Part shown: in pieces, positions 28,899 through 37,918 of the stretch
Numbering within the stretch: the first letter of the stretch is position 1
Layout: each line of letters starts with the position of its first letter
NCBI GenBank assembly: GCA_045637365.1
Contig: JAZTZH010000018.1
Coordinates: 5,775 to 69,774, forward strand
Length of the DNA stretch: 64,000 nucleotides
Direction: 5' to 3'
Source of the DNA: Acutalibacteraceae bacterium
Lineage (GTDB): Bacteria; Bacillota; Clostridia; Oscillospirales; Acutalibacteraceae
The notes under the pieces: model-generated
The model's input: the letters and a program-made list of their open reading frames with translations, nothing else
The model's database searches: none
What the model was told of the DNA's origin: nothing
Translations under genes and position numbers: made by a program

Positions 28899-30209
28899 AT
28901 GAAGAAAAAAGCCGTCAAGGCTAATAAAACCAAAAAAACTAAAATAATTGGACCTGTCGCTCTTTACAACAATGCCAAAAGCAAAGTCAGAACGAACTTT
29001 ATTCAGCAGGGAAGCTTCGATGTGGTGTTTGCCTGTATAGTGCTTCTTCTGTTTACAGTAGGTATCATCGCTATGTATTCGGCATCCTATGCTTATGCGA
29101 CCTATAACAGAGGTGACGCCAACGAATTCTTCTTTTCACAGTTAAAGAATGCGGTGGTCGGCTTTATCTTTATGGCCGTTTTCAGTAAAATAGACTACAG
29201 AGTTTTTAACGGAAGATTTGCTCCCTTTGCTTATGTTACTACTGTGGCAGTTCTCGTGTATACTCTGATATATAACATAGGTAGTGATGCGGAAACGAGC
29301 CGCTGGATTTATATCGGAGGTTTTCAGCTTCAGCCTTCTGAATTTGCGAAGTTCACTCTTATTATCGTAATGGCATATATGATATGTGTTATGAAAAATG
29401 CTCTCAGAGCACCGAAAAATAAAATCGGCAAATTTACTCCCGACAGGGATACACTCTCCGATTTCGAGAAAAAGATTTTCTCTTTCGCCAAGACTCCCTT
29501 CTCAGCCTGTGTTCTTTTGGCTGTGGTAGCAGTGTCTTATTTCGGTCTTGTTCTCCTGGAAAAGCATTATTCAGCAGCTATTCTTCTTATGCTTATGGCT
29601 ATTGCTATGACATGGCTGAGCGGAACCAAAAAGGTGTACTTTGCCGCAGTTTTCGGAGCTATTGGTGCAGTGGTTGCTCTTGTAATAATCAAGCCTGATA
29701 TTCTCGATGGCTTCGGTTTTGCTGCCAGCCGAATTATGTGTTGGCTCGATAAGGATAATCCCGCTTACATCGAAAACAGAAGACAGACCGTAAACGGTCT
29801 ATATGCTATCGGTTCAGGTGGACTTTTCGGAGTCGGTCTCGGTAACTCCAAACAGAAGCAGCTGTATATCCCCGAGCCGCAGAACGACTTTGTTTTCCCT
29901 GTTTTCTGTGAAGAATTCGGATTTATCGGTGCGGCATTTGTAATTATTCTTTTTGCTGCACTTATCTGCAGAGGCTTTATGATTGCCGCCAAATGTAAGG
30001 ATCTTTTCGGTTCTTTGGTGGTAATGGGCATAATGATTCAGGTAGCTCTTCAGGTTATAATTAACATTTCGGTCGTTACAGACCTTATACCGAACACAGG
30101 TATGGCGCTTCCGTTCTTCAGCTACGGAGGTACAGCACTTCTGGTATTGCTGATTGAGATGGGTATCATCCTGTCGGTTTCGAGAAATTCAAAAGTTGAA
30201 AAGGAATGA
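28899..30209 (+). CDS. ftsW: SEDS-family peptidoglycan glycosyltransferase FtsW/SpoVE
   Basis: A polytopic protein with QPSEFAKF, NDFVFPVFCEEFGFIG and LPFFSYGGT. The ATG at 28899 follows aggagggaaagg. The track start at 28821 overlaps mraY. Confidence 0.9.
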   Translation: MKKKAVKANKTKKTKIIGPVALYNNAKSKVRTNFIQQGSFDVVFACIVLLLFTVGIIAMYSASYAYATYNRGDANEFFFSQLKNAVVGFIFMAVFSKIDYRVFNGRFAPFAYVTTVAVLVYTLIYNIGSDAETSRWIYIGGFQLQPSEFAKFTLIIVMAYMICVMKNALRAPKNKIGKFTPDRDTLSDFEKKIFSFAKTPFSACVLLAVVAVSYFGLVLLEKHYSAAILLMLMAIAMTWLSGTKKVYFAAVFGAIGAVVALVIIKPDILDGFGFAASRIMCWLDKDNPAYIENRRQTVNGLYAIGSGGLFGVGLGNSKQKQLYIPEPQNDFVFPVFCEEFGFIGAAFVIILFAALICRGFMIAAKCKDLFGSLVVMGIMIQVALQVIINISVVTDLIPNTGMALPFFSYGGTALLVLLIEMGIILSVSRNSKVEKE

Positions 30210-30214
30210 TTTAA

Positions 30215-31336
30215 ATGAAAATACTGTTTGCCGCAGGCGGAACGGGCGGACACATTAATCCTGCTCTTGCCGTAGCAGGTGAAATAAGAGAAAGATACCC
30301 CGATGCGGAAATTCTTTTCGTAGGTGCCAAGGGTAAAATGGAGACGAAGCTGGTGCCGAATGCGGGGTTCAATCTAAAAACTATCCGTATCGCAGGTTTT
30401 CAGAGAAAGATTTCTCTCGAAAATATCATAAGAAACATCCTCGCTGTATTTTATCTCCTTACATCCTCTTCAGCAGTAAAGAAGATAATCAAAGGCTTTT
30501 CACCCGATGTGGTGGTAGGCTTCGGCGGTTATGTCAGCGGTCCCGTACTGCGTATGGCGGCTAAAATGGGTATTCCCACGGCCATTCACGAGCAGAACGC
30601 CTTTCCCGGCGTAACTAATAAAACTCTTGCTAAAACAGTTGACCGTGTAATGCTTACAGCTAAGGATGCGGAAAAATATCTTCAGTGTAAAAATCCACCC
30701 GTAGTGACAGGTCTTCCCGTAAGAGGGGAGATGCTTAAGGCTGACAGAGATTTCGCAAGAGCTGAAATGGGTATAAAGGATAGTGAAATTCTCGTGCTTT
30801 CCATGGGCGGAAGTCTCGGTGCAGCTACTATTAATAAGGCTATGACCAGACTTATTGCAGACCATCACAAGGATGAAAACATCAGATTCCTTCACGCTAT
30901 GGGTCAGTATGGTTTATGGGTGCCCGAAAAGCTTAAGGAAATGGGTGTGGACACGGAAAAGACTCCCAATGTGGAAATCCGTGAATACATAAGCGATATG
31001 GACAGATGTATGTCTGCCGCCGATGTGGTAATATGCCGTGCAGGCGCATCTACACTTTCGGAGCTTCAGGCTTTAGGTAAAGCATCTATTCTCATTCCTT
31101 CACCTAATGTGGCTGAAAATCATCAGTATCATAATGCTATGGCTCTGGTTAACAGAGGTGCAGCTTATGTTATAGAAGAAAAAGATCTTACAGATGAAAA
31201 GATGGACTGCCTTTTCTGTTCTCTCGTAAAGAACAAGGCTGAAAGAGAAGAGATGGAACGTAACGCTAAGGCTATGTCTATCTGTGATGCTAAAGAGCAG
31301 ATAGCGGATATAGTGGTTTCTCTCATAAAAAATTAA
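30215..31336 (+). CDS. murG: UDP-GlcNAc:lipid I GlcNAc transferase
   Basis: GGTGGHINPALAV, and the C-terminal region RAGASTLSEL...HQYHNA. Confidence 0.95.
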   Translation: MKILFAAGGTGGHINPALAVAGEIRERYPDAEILFVGAKGKMETKLVPNAGFNLKTIRIAGFQRKISLENIIRNILAVFYLLTSSSAVKKIIKGFSPDVVVGFGGYVSGPVLRMAAKMGIPTAIHEQNAFPGVTNKTLAKTVDRVMLTAKDAEKYLQCKNPPVVTGLPVRGEMLKADRDFARAEMGIKDSEILVLSMGGSLGAATINKAMTRLIADHHKDENIRFLHAMGQYGLWVPEKLKEMGVDTEKTPNVEIREYISDMDRCMSAADVVICRAGASTLSELQALGKASILIPSPNVAENHQYHNAMALVNRGAAYVIEEKDLTDEKMDCLFCSLVKNKAEREEMERNAKAMSICDAKEQIADIVVSLIKN

Positions 31337-31402
31337 GTTTTTTTCTTTTAAATTCACTCTTTTTATCCCTTTTGCATACAATGGGGTGAAAGGTGTGATT
31401 TT

Positions 31403-32662
31403 ATGGACAGTTTAATCGTTAATCCGGGAAGATCTCTTACGGGAGAAACGGCGGTGCAGGGATCGAAAAACAGCTCTCTTCCTATTTTAGCGGCTGCTGT
31501 TCTTGTGGGCGGTGTCTGTCAGATACATAACTGTCCCGAGCTTACGGACACTAAGGCTGCCATCGCCATTCTCCGACATCTCGGATGTAAAGTAAAAACA
31601 GGAAATAATACGGTCACCGTTGATTCTTCCTCTGTTTCGTGCTATAATATACCTGATTCTCTGATGCGAGAAATGCGCTCGTCTATTGTATTTCTTGGCT
31701 CTGTTCTCGGAAGAATGGGGAAAGCAGAGCTTTCGGCGCCGGGCGGATGTGAAATAGGGCTCAGACCTATTGACCTGCATCTTAGCTCACTGCGTATTAT
31801 GGGATATAAGATAGAAGAGGACTACGGCTACATCCGCTGCGAAAAGGTTAAGGATAACAGCTCTTCCGTTATCAGCTTATCTTTTCCGAGTGTGGGAGCT
31901 ACGGAAAATATTATCCTTGCCGCCGCTCTTTCGAAAGGAAGAACCATAATCCATAATGCAGCCAGAGAACCTGAAATATATGACCTGGTGGCTTTCCTTA
32001 ATGAATGTGGATGTAAAATCAGCTTCCGTATGCAGGGAACGGTCATAATCGAAGGCGTAAAGAAGCTTCACGGATGCCGTTACACTGTGATGGCAGACAG
32101 AATAGTGGCGCTTACTTATATGACAGGTGCAGCGATAACCGGAGGAGATATCACTCTTCACGGAATAAATACCAACCATTTCCGCACGGTAATACCCGTT
32201 TTTGAAAGTGCGGGATGCCGTATCGACGACAGAAAAAGCTTTTTAAGATTACGGGCAGACGGCCCTTTGCGTGCTGTCCGTGACATAAGAACCATGCCCT
32301 ATCCGGGCTTTCCCACCGATGCACAGGCTCCGGTTATGGCGATGCTGACAGTGGCACAGGGAACCAGTGTTATAATCGAAAATATATTTGAAAGTCGGTT
32401 CAAGCACGTCAGTGACCTTGTGAGGATGGGTGCAAAAATTAAAATTGAAGGCAAGATTGCTCTTATCGATGGTGTAAAGAAGCTGCACGGAACTGCGGTT
32501 ACTGCATCGGATTTAAGAGGGGGTGCCGCTCTCGTGGTGGCGGGTCTTGCGGCAAAGGGCAGTACCGAAATAGGTAATGTAAGTCATATTGACAGAGGCT
32601 ATGAAAAAATAGAGGAAAGTTTTAAAATTTTAGGCGCAGATATAAAGCGTATAAAGCATTGA
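31403..32662 (+). CDS. murA: UDP-GlcNAc 1-carboxyvinyltransferase
   Basis: GSKNSSLPILAAAVL, the active-site Cys in PGGCEIGLRPIDLH, and DLRGGAALV. Confidence 0.95.
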   Translation: MDSLIVNPGRSLTGETAVQGSKNSSLPILAAAVLVGGVCQIHNCPELTDTKAAIAILRHLGCKVKTGNNTVTVDSSSVSCYNIPDSLMREMRSSIVFLGSVLGRMGKAELSAPGGCEIGLRPIDLHLSSLRIMGYKIEEDYGYIRCEKVKDNSSSVISLSFPSVGATENIILAAALSKGRTIIHNAAREPEIYDLVAFLNECGCKISFRMQGTVIIEGVKKLHGCRYTVMADRIVALTYMTGAAITGGDITLHGINTNHFRTVIPVFESAGCRIDDRKSFLRLRADGPLRAVRDIRTMPYPGFPTDAQAPVMAMLTVAQGTSVIIENIFESRFKHVSDLVRMGAKIKIEGKIALIDGVKKLHGTAVTASDLRGGAALVVAGLAAKGSTEIGNVSHIDRGYEKIEESFKILGADIKRIKH

Positions 32663-32739
32663 CTCATTTTTCGGCAACTGTCGGCGGCGGTTTAACGCCA
32701 CTAAGCAGTTGTCTTATTTTTTTGAAAGGAGTGTATTTT

Positions 32740-34032
32740 ATGGCAGACAGTAAAAATCCCTTCGGCGGATATGACGGAAGAAATACGGGAAGAACAGTGC
32801 AGAATGTGACTTCTTCGATGTGGGAGCCTATAAGTGGGGGCCCGTCTCTGCAGAAAGATACTCCTGTCAGAAAAAGACCTGAACAGACTAAAAAGTCTTC
32901 ATCTGAGGGAAAACAGAATGCTGCAGCACAGAAAAAAACTCAGAATAAACGTGCTCAGTCAGCTGATGTAACTGCCGACAGAATTTCCGAAGGCGGAAAA
33001 AAAGTGGCTAAGCCGACTCAGAAAAAGAAAACTACTGAAAAAACGAATAAAACAGAAAAGAAAAAGAGAACGTCTGAAGTCAAAAGGCCTGTAGGGAGTA
33101 AAAGCCGTGAGCCTAAGGGCAGAGATACGAGAAATATTTCTGAAAGAGAAGAGCAGGCGAGACTGCAAAAGGAAAAAAAGAGAGCCCGTGAGCGCGCCAG
33201 ATCGAGAGAGAAGGCCAAAGAGAAAAGCAGACAGGGTGTTTCTTATGATGAAATGAGAAAGAAAAAAAGCCGGGCCACCAGATTGAGAGCTAAGCTTATA
33301 GCCGGTATTACGGTTGTTTCAGTTCTTGCAGCGGTAGCTTGCTTTGTGTGTGTTTATGCCTATCAGAAGGGTGCTCCCGTAGCCGTGATAAACATAAACG
33401 GTGAAAGTCCCTATAAAAATAAAAAGATAACTGAAACGGCTAATGTCTATGTGGGTATAAATATGCTCAGCGTAAGAGAAAAGGCTGTGAATGAAGCAGT
33501 TACTAAAAATCTTCCCTATATCAAGGCTGTACAGGTGGATTATCAGTTCCCGGATACTCTTAATCTGGACATCACTTCTACGCAGGAAAGACTTCTTATT
33601 TCGGGGAATACAGGATATATCTGTGTTGACAGAGACGGAAAGGTTCTGTCGCTTAAAAAGAAAAAGCTCACTGACGGAAGGTATCTTGTGGAGGGTCTCG
33701 AAGAGCAGACAGCTGTAGCAGGTGAAAGCTTCGTACCTTCGGAAAATAATAAAGAAAAGTACGAAAAAGCGGTGCAGATTGCGACTGCATTGGAAAACAG
33801 CGGTAAATTTCCCAAGGGTGTTATAAATGTGGCAGACCTTAAGGACGTAAGTGTCGTTTATGATTCGAGAATAAATATCTATCTCGGTGACTGCAGCAGA
33901 CTTGAGGTACAGATTGAGTCCGCAGTAAATGTTATCGAAAAGGATGAAGATATCATTAACGGTCAGACAGGCTATATCGAAACACGTTTCGAGGGACAGA
34001 CTACCTTTAAGCCGGGAAGTATGAAAAAATAA
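32740..34032 (+). CDS. ftsQ: Cell division protein FtsQ/DivIB with a long basic N-terminal extension
   Basis: The ATG at 32740 follows aaaggag. The first 185 aa or so are Lys/Arg/Glu-rich. A TM helix follows, then a POTRA-like segment (VYVGINMLSV...YIKAVQVDYQFPDTLNLDI). Confidence 0.8.
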   Translation: MADSKNPFGGYDGRNTGRTVQNVTSSMWEPISGGPSLQKDTPVRKRPEQTKKSSSEGKQNAAAQKKTQNKRAQSADVTADRISEGGKKVAKPTQKKKTTEKTNKTEKKKRTSEVKRPVGSKSREPKGRDTRNISEREEQARLQKEKKRARERARSREKAKEKSRQGVSYDEMRKKKSRATRLRAKLIAGITVVSVLAAVACFVCVYAYQKGAPVAVININGESPYKNKKITETANVYVGINMLSVREKAVNEAVTKNLPYIKAVQVDYQFPDTLNLDITSTQERLLISGNTGYICVDRDGKVLSLKKKKLTDGRYLVEGLEEQTAVAGESFVPSENNKEKYEKAVQIATALENSGKFPKGVINVADLKDVSVVYDSRINIYLGDCSRLEVQIESAVNVIEKDEDIINGQTGYIETRFEGQTTFKPGSMKK

Positions 34033-34070
34033 CAGCTGAACTTTCGTAATAAAAAATATGCAGTTTGTTA

Positions 34071-34099
34071 TTGTATTTTTTGAAATACTGTGTTATAAT
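34071..34099 (+). promoter_or_regulatory. Putative ftsZ promoter
   Basis: TTGTAT (34071-34076), 17 nt ending in TGt, then TATAAT (34094-34099). Confidence 0.5.
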
Positions 34100-34186
34100 G
34101 ACTTGAATAATAGGTTGTTGTACCTTTTTGTGTGCAGCATATAAACTTTAAATTATCAGATTAGAATATATTTAGGAGGAAGTAAA

Positions 34187-35539
34187 ATGGGCTTCGTAAT
34201 GGATAACGAAAACATCGCTTATAACCAGATCAAAGTAGTCGGTGTCGGCGGTGGCGGCGGTAATGCCGTTAACGGAATGGTTGAGTCAGGTATTATCGGT
34301 GTAGAATTCCTTTCCATCAATACTGACAGACAGATTCTCGAAAATTCAAAGGCAACACATAAGATTCAGATCGGTGAAAAGGTTACAGGCTGCATGGGCG
34401 CAGGCGGTGACCCCGCTGTAGGCAGAAAGGCAGCAGAGGAAAGCCGTGATGTAATCGCTGATGCTTTACGTTCTACAGATATGGTGTTTATCACTGCCGG
34501 TATGGGTGGAGGTACAGGTACAGGTGCAGCTCCCGTAGTAGCAGAAATCGCCAGAGAGCTCGGTGCACTTACCGTAGGTATCGTAACCAAACCTTTCAAA
34601 TTCGAAGGCAAAAAGAGAATGCAGCAGGCGGAAGACGGTATCAGAGAGCTCGAAAAGCATGTGGACAGCCTTATCGTAATTCCTAATGAAAGACTTAAGC
34701 TTCTCGGTGACAAGTCTCTTTCAATGAAGGATGCTTTCGGTAAAGCAAACAATGTTTTATGGCAGGGTGTAAAGAGCATTTCAGATACAATCAAGGTTCC
34801 CGGTTACATTAACCTTGACTTTGCTGACATCAAGAGTGTAATGAAGGATGCGGGTCTTGCTCATATGGGTATCGGTTCCGGTAAGGGTGCAGACTGCGCT
34901 GCCGAAGCTACCAAGCAGGCTATCACCAGTCCTCTTCTCGAAACTGCTATCGACGGTGCAAGCGGTGTTATCATTAACGTTACATGTTCTTCAGATATGT
35001 CTCTTGATATGATTGAACAGGCAGGTACTCTTATTTCTGAGGCTACACATCCCGATGCAAACATTATCTTCGGTTCTGTATTCGACGAAGAAATGGGCGA
35101 CGAGATGCGCATCACCGTTATCGCTACAGGCTTCGGCCTCGAAAACAAGGAAGCTCCTCAGAACACAGCAGATGCACAGCAGAACGCTCAGCCCACACAG
35201 CAGGGTGCAGCTCCCGAGTTTATCAGCCAGTCAACAAAGAGCTCTGCAGGTTCTATCTTTACTATGGGTGCAGATGCTGTAGATTTCGCTTCTACTAAAT
35301 TCGGCCAGGGTTTTGCTTCTATTTTTGAACAGAGCGCAAGACCTGCAGCAGAGAAGGCTCCCGTAGTTGAAGTTCCCGTTCAGGAAGTACCTTCAAATGA
35401 AAATACCGCTCCTTCACAGACATTCGATGTAATCGAAACTCCTCCCAAGAAAACAGGTTCAATTTTTGATGAACCCGATGAGGATGAAAGCGATGTTCTT
35501 CCTGTTTTCAAGGGCAGAAATATCTTCGGAAATAACTGA
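34187..35539 (+). CDS. ftsZ: Cell division GTPase FtsZ
   Basis: [11 protein letters not shown], the tubulin signature [12 protein letters not shown], a long Q/A/P-rich linker and the C-terminal peptide DVLPVFKGR. Confidence 0.97.
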   Translation: MGFVMDNENIAYNQIKVVGVGGGGGNAVNGMVESGIIGVEFLSINTDRQILENSKATHKIQIGEKVTGCMGAGGDPAVGRKAAEESRDVIADALRSTDMVFITAGMGGGTGTGAAPVVAEIARELGALTVGIVTKPFKFEGKKRMQQAEDGIRELEKHVDSLIVIPNERLKLLGDKSLSMKDAFGKANNVLWQGVKSISDTIKVPGYINLDFADIKSVMKDAGLAHMGIGSGKGADCAAEATKQAITSPLLETAIDGASGVIINVTCSSDMSLDMIEQAGTLISEATHPDANIIFGSVFDEEMGDEMRITVIATGFGLENKEAPQNTADAQQNAQPTQQGAAPEFISQSTKSSAGSIFTMGADAVDFASTKFGQGFASIFEQSARPAAEKAPVVEVPVQEVPSNENTAPSQTFDVIETPPKKTGSIFDEPDEDESDVLPVFKGRNIFGNN

Positions 35540-35551
35540 TGATTTAATTTC

Positions 35552-35590
35552 GGACAACTGCTTTTTCAGCGGTTGTCCTTTTATTTTTAA
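35552..35590 (+). terminator. Rho-independent terminator of ftsZ
   Basis: Stem ggacaactgc / gcggttgtcc, followed by ttttattttt. Confidence 0.8.
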
Positions 35591-35712
35591 AAAAGGTATA
35601 AATATTTTTTAAAAATGTAAAATTTCACTTGACCTTTGTCGTGTTTTCTGTTAATCTTATAGTACCTGTAATAGGTTTAAAAATAGATTTCCTTCAGGAG
35701 GATTACATAAAT

Positions 35713-36693
35713 ATGGATTTAAAAAAGAATAAAATTAACATCTTGATCGTTGTGGCACTTATTGTAGTGTGCGGCGGTTCTTTTCTCGCAGTAAGATCGA
35801 TGAGCAATAAGATAGAACCGGGTACTACAGTACCACCCGTTTATGAGATTTCTACCACTGCTCCGACGACCACTGCGCCTACCACTACAGCGCCCACAAC
35901 AACAGCTCCCACTACGGGTGCAGATTCATCTCCCACTCTTAAGATCGAAAGTGTTATCACTACTTTCCCTGTATCTTCTTCCGCAACTACCACCACTAAG
36001 GTGACCACAACTGCTCCCACAACCACAAAACCTACTACTGAGCCTACCACAGAAAGAACTACAGCTCCTGTTATTGATAATAATAAAACTACTACAAAGA
36101 AGAACAATAACAGCGGCGATAAGAATAACGGCGGTATTTTTGATGAAGGTCTTGCCGGATATCAGTACGATACTAATGGTAACTTCTATTATACAAGCAG
36201 TGACCCTTGGCAGAGACAGTTCGGTTATCATGAGGTTTTCGACGTAGCGGCAGGTCTTGTTACCATTTATATGGATACTATGCGCTGTAAGTTCGACTAC
36301 AAGGATCAGAACTGGATGATTCAGTTCTGGAAGGGTCAGTACGGTCTTGTGTTTGTAGGCCACGAAATCGGTGTTTATACCAAGCCGAAAAACAGACCTA
36401 ATGAACATTACGATGCTGCAAGCAATGCAGATGCTCTTTATATGGAGCTTACAGGCTACCGTGACGGTAAGGAGATTTACCACAGAGATTACGGCAAATA
36501 TTGGTGGTGTACAGGCTTTGTCCCCGGCACACTCGATAATCTTACGGACCGCTCAGAGCTTTCGCTCAAATGCCGTATTACTATGAAGGACTACGATATG
36601 CTCCTCGGTTTCTGTGATTCTCTCAAGGCTAACGGTATGGTTCTTGGTAAAGATTATGCAACTGACGGACTTGATGTGCTTGTAACTTGGTAA
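35713..36693 (+). CDS. Membrane-anchored protein with a Thr/Pro-rich linker and a conserved C-terminal globular domain (DUF4474-like, from memory)
   Basis: The ATG at 35713 follows caggagg. It has an N-terminal TM helix, the repeats TAPTTTAPTTTAPTTTAPTT, and a C-terminal domain GYQYDTNGNFYYTSSDPWQRQFGY...WMIQFWKGQYG. Confidence 0.7.
   Translation: MDLKKNKINILIVVALIVVCGGSFLAVRSMSNKIEPGTTVPPVYEISTTAPTTTAPTTTAPTTTAPTTGADSSPTLKIESVITTFPVSSSATTTTKVTTTAPTTTKPTTEPTTERTTAPVIDNNKTTTKKNNNSGDKNNGGIFDEGLAGYQYDTNGNFYYTSSDPWQRQFGYHEVFDVAAGLVTIYMDTMRCKFDYKDQNWMIQFWKGQYGLVFVGHEIGVYTKPKNRPNEHYDAASNADALYMELTGYRDGKEIYHRDYGKYWWCTGFVPGTLDNLTDRSELSLKCRITMKDYDMLLGFCDSLKANGMVLGKDYATDGLDVLVTW
35854..35916 (+). repeat. 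Tandem repeat of 12 bp (about 5 copies) encoding (TAPT)n
   Basis: Read directly: accactgctccg / acgaccactgcgcct / accactacagcgccc ... Confidence 0.8.
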
Positions 36694-36832
36694 TAAGCTA
36701 TAAAGTTCATCCTTTTGAAAGATTTTTTAGATTTGATATTGATTTTTTATACTATATATTGTATAATATTTTAGATGATTTGTATATTGCGGCATTGCCG
36801 TTGATATAAATCTATAGAAAGGAAGATTTTAC

Positions 36833-37609
36833 ATGAAAAAGATTTTAGGTATTCTCGTAGTAGCTATGCTTTGTGTATGCATGCTTGTTCCCACTGCATC
36901 TGCAGCTCTTTCCGATGTTGAACTTGAGGAAATAGCAGGCGGTGTAGATATTGAGGATTTAGAAGAGATGGAAGCTGCACTTGATAAGTACTTATCAGGC
37001 AGTGAAGAAACTGAAAGCACTACAAAGGCTGCAGTTAAAGCTGAACTTCTCGATCTCAGCTGGCTCACAAGCGTACTCAGCACAGATACTTCTGCTTTTA
37101 CTGATATGCTTAGCGGTTTTGATGCATCAAACCTCGAATCTCTCCTCGCTGTGGTTTCAGAGTCAATGTCAGGCGCAGGTATTGACCTTGCAAATTTTGA
37201 CCTCAGTGCACTCGGAAGTTTCGATATCACAAGCGTACTCAGCAGCACAGCAGTTCTTTCAGGCGGCGAAACACAGGATCTTGCAGCTACTGTAACCAAT
37301 CTTACAGCAGGTCTTGCTGAAACTCTTAAGAGCGGCCTTACAGCACTTGGTCTTGATACTGCAACAATCGAAGGCATTCTTGATAACGAAATCGTTAACT
37401 TCTTTGCTAATATGTACATCGGCTTCATCGGTGAGGTTGAAGAAGAAACCACAGAAGAAACCACAGAAGAAAAAACGACTAAGAAGCCCGCAGTTGTTAC
37501 TACCGAAACTCCTAAGACAGGTGACACTTCCGCAGTTGTAGTTGCTATGGCAACTCTTACAATCGCATCAGCTGCAGCAGTTGTATGTCTTAAGAAAAAG
37601 GAAGACTGA
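36833..37609 (+). CDS. Secreted, probably sortase-anchored acidic protein of unknown function
   Basis: Signal peptide ...PTASA. The C-terminal sorting signal is ETPKTGDTS, then a hydrophobic stretch, then KKKED. RBS gaaaggaag. Confidence 0.8.
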   Translation: MKKILGILVVAMLCVCMLVPTASAALSDVELEEIAGGVDIEDLEEMEAALDKYLSGSEETESTTKAAVKAELLDLSWLTSVLSTDTSAFTDMLSGFDASNLESLLAVVSESMSGAGIDLANFDLSALGSFDITSVLSSTAVLSGGETQDLAATVTNLTAGLAETLKSGLTALGLDTATIEGILDNEIVNFFANMYIGFIGEVEEETTEETTEEKTTKKPAVVTTETPKTGDTSAVVVAMATLTIASAAAVVCLKKKED

Positions 37610-37644
37610 TTCAATTCTAACTTTTTTATAAAAAAGCTATAATT

Positions 37645-37676
37645 AAAACACTCCTCTGAACGGGGAGTGTTTTTTC
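37645..37676 (+). terminator. Rho-independent terminator
   Basis: Stem aaaacactcc / ggagtgtttt, followed by a T-run. Confidence 0.8.
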
Positions 37677-37918
37677 TTACGTTTATGAGCGAAAATTACA
37701 CTGTATATGTTAAAAGTAAACTGATGTCTGATGGAATAGAGTTCAGATATAAGCCATATTATGCTGTTATCGGTGCAAAGTAATAATTTAATTGCCCGAT
37801 ATTTATTGAATAGCTTATTATTTTTTGATATAATAAATAATAATGATTCAATCCTGATGTTGACTTAGTATCAGATGAATGAAAAAATAATTAAATTACC
37901 ATTTTATGAGGTGTTTGT

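Noticed and set aside
36829-37614. A minus-strand ORF of 261 aa that is almost exactly co-extensive with the plus-strand gene 36833-37609.
   Set aside because: The plus frame has an RBS, a signal peptide and a sorting signal. The minus frame is Ser/Ala/Val/Thr low complexity and is best explained by the biased codon content of the sense gene. A stop-free antisense frame of 786 nt in an AT-rich genome is mildly odd, but I see no support for expression.
37685-37783. A small 32-aa ORF (MSENYTVYVKSKLMSDGIEFRYKPYYAVIGAK) in the 309-bp gap before 37919.
   Set aside because: It has no RBS and no recognisable motif. It could be a gene remnant, but I cannot support it.
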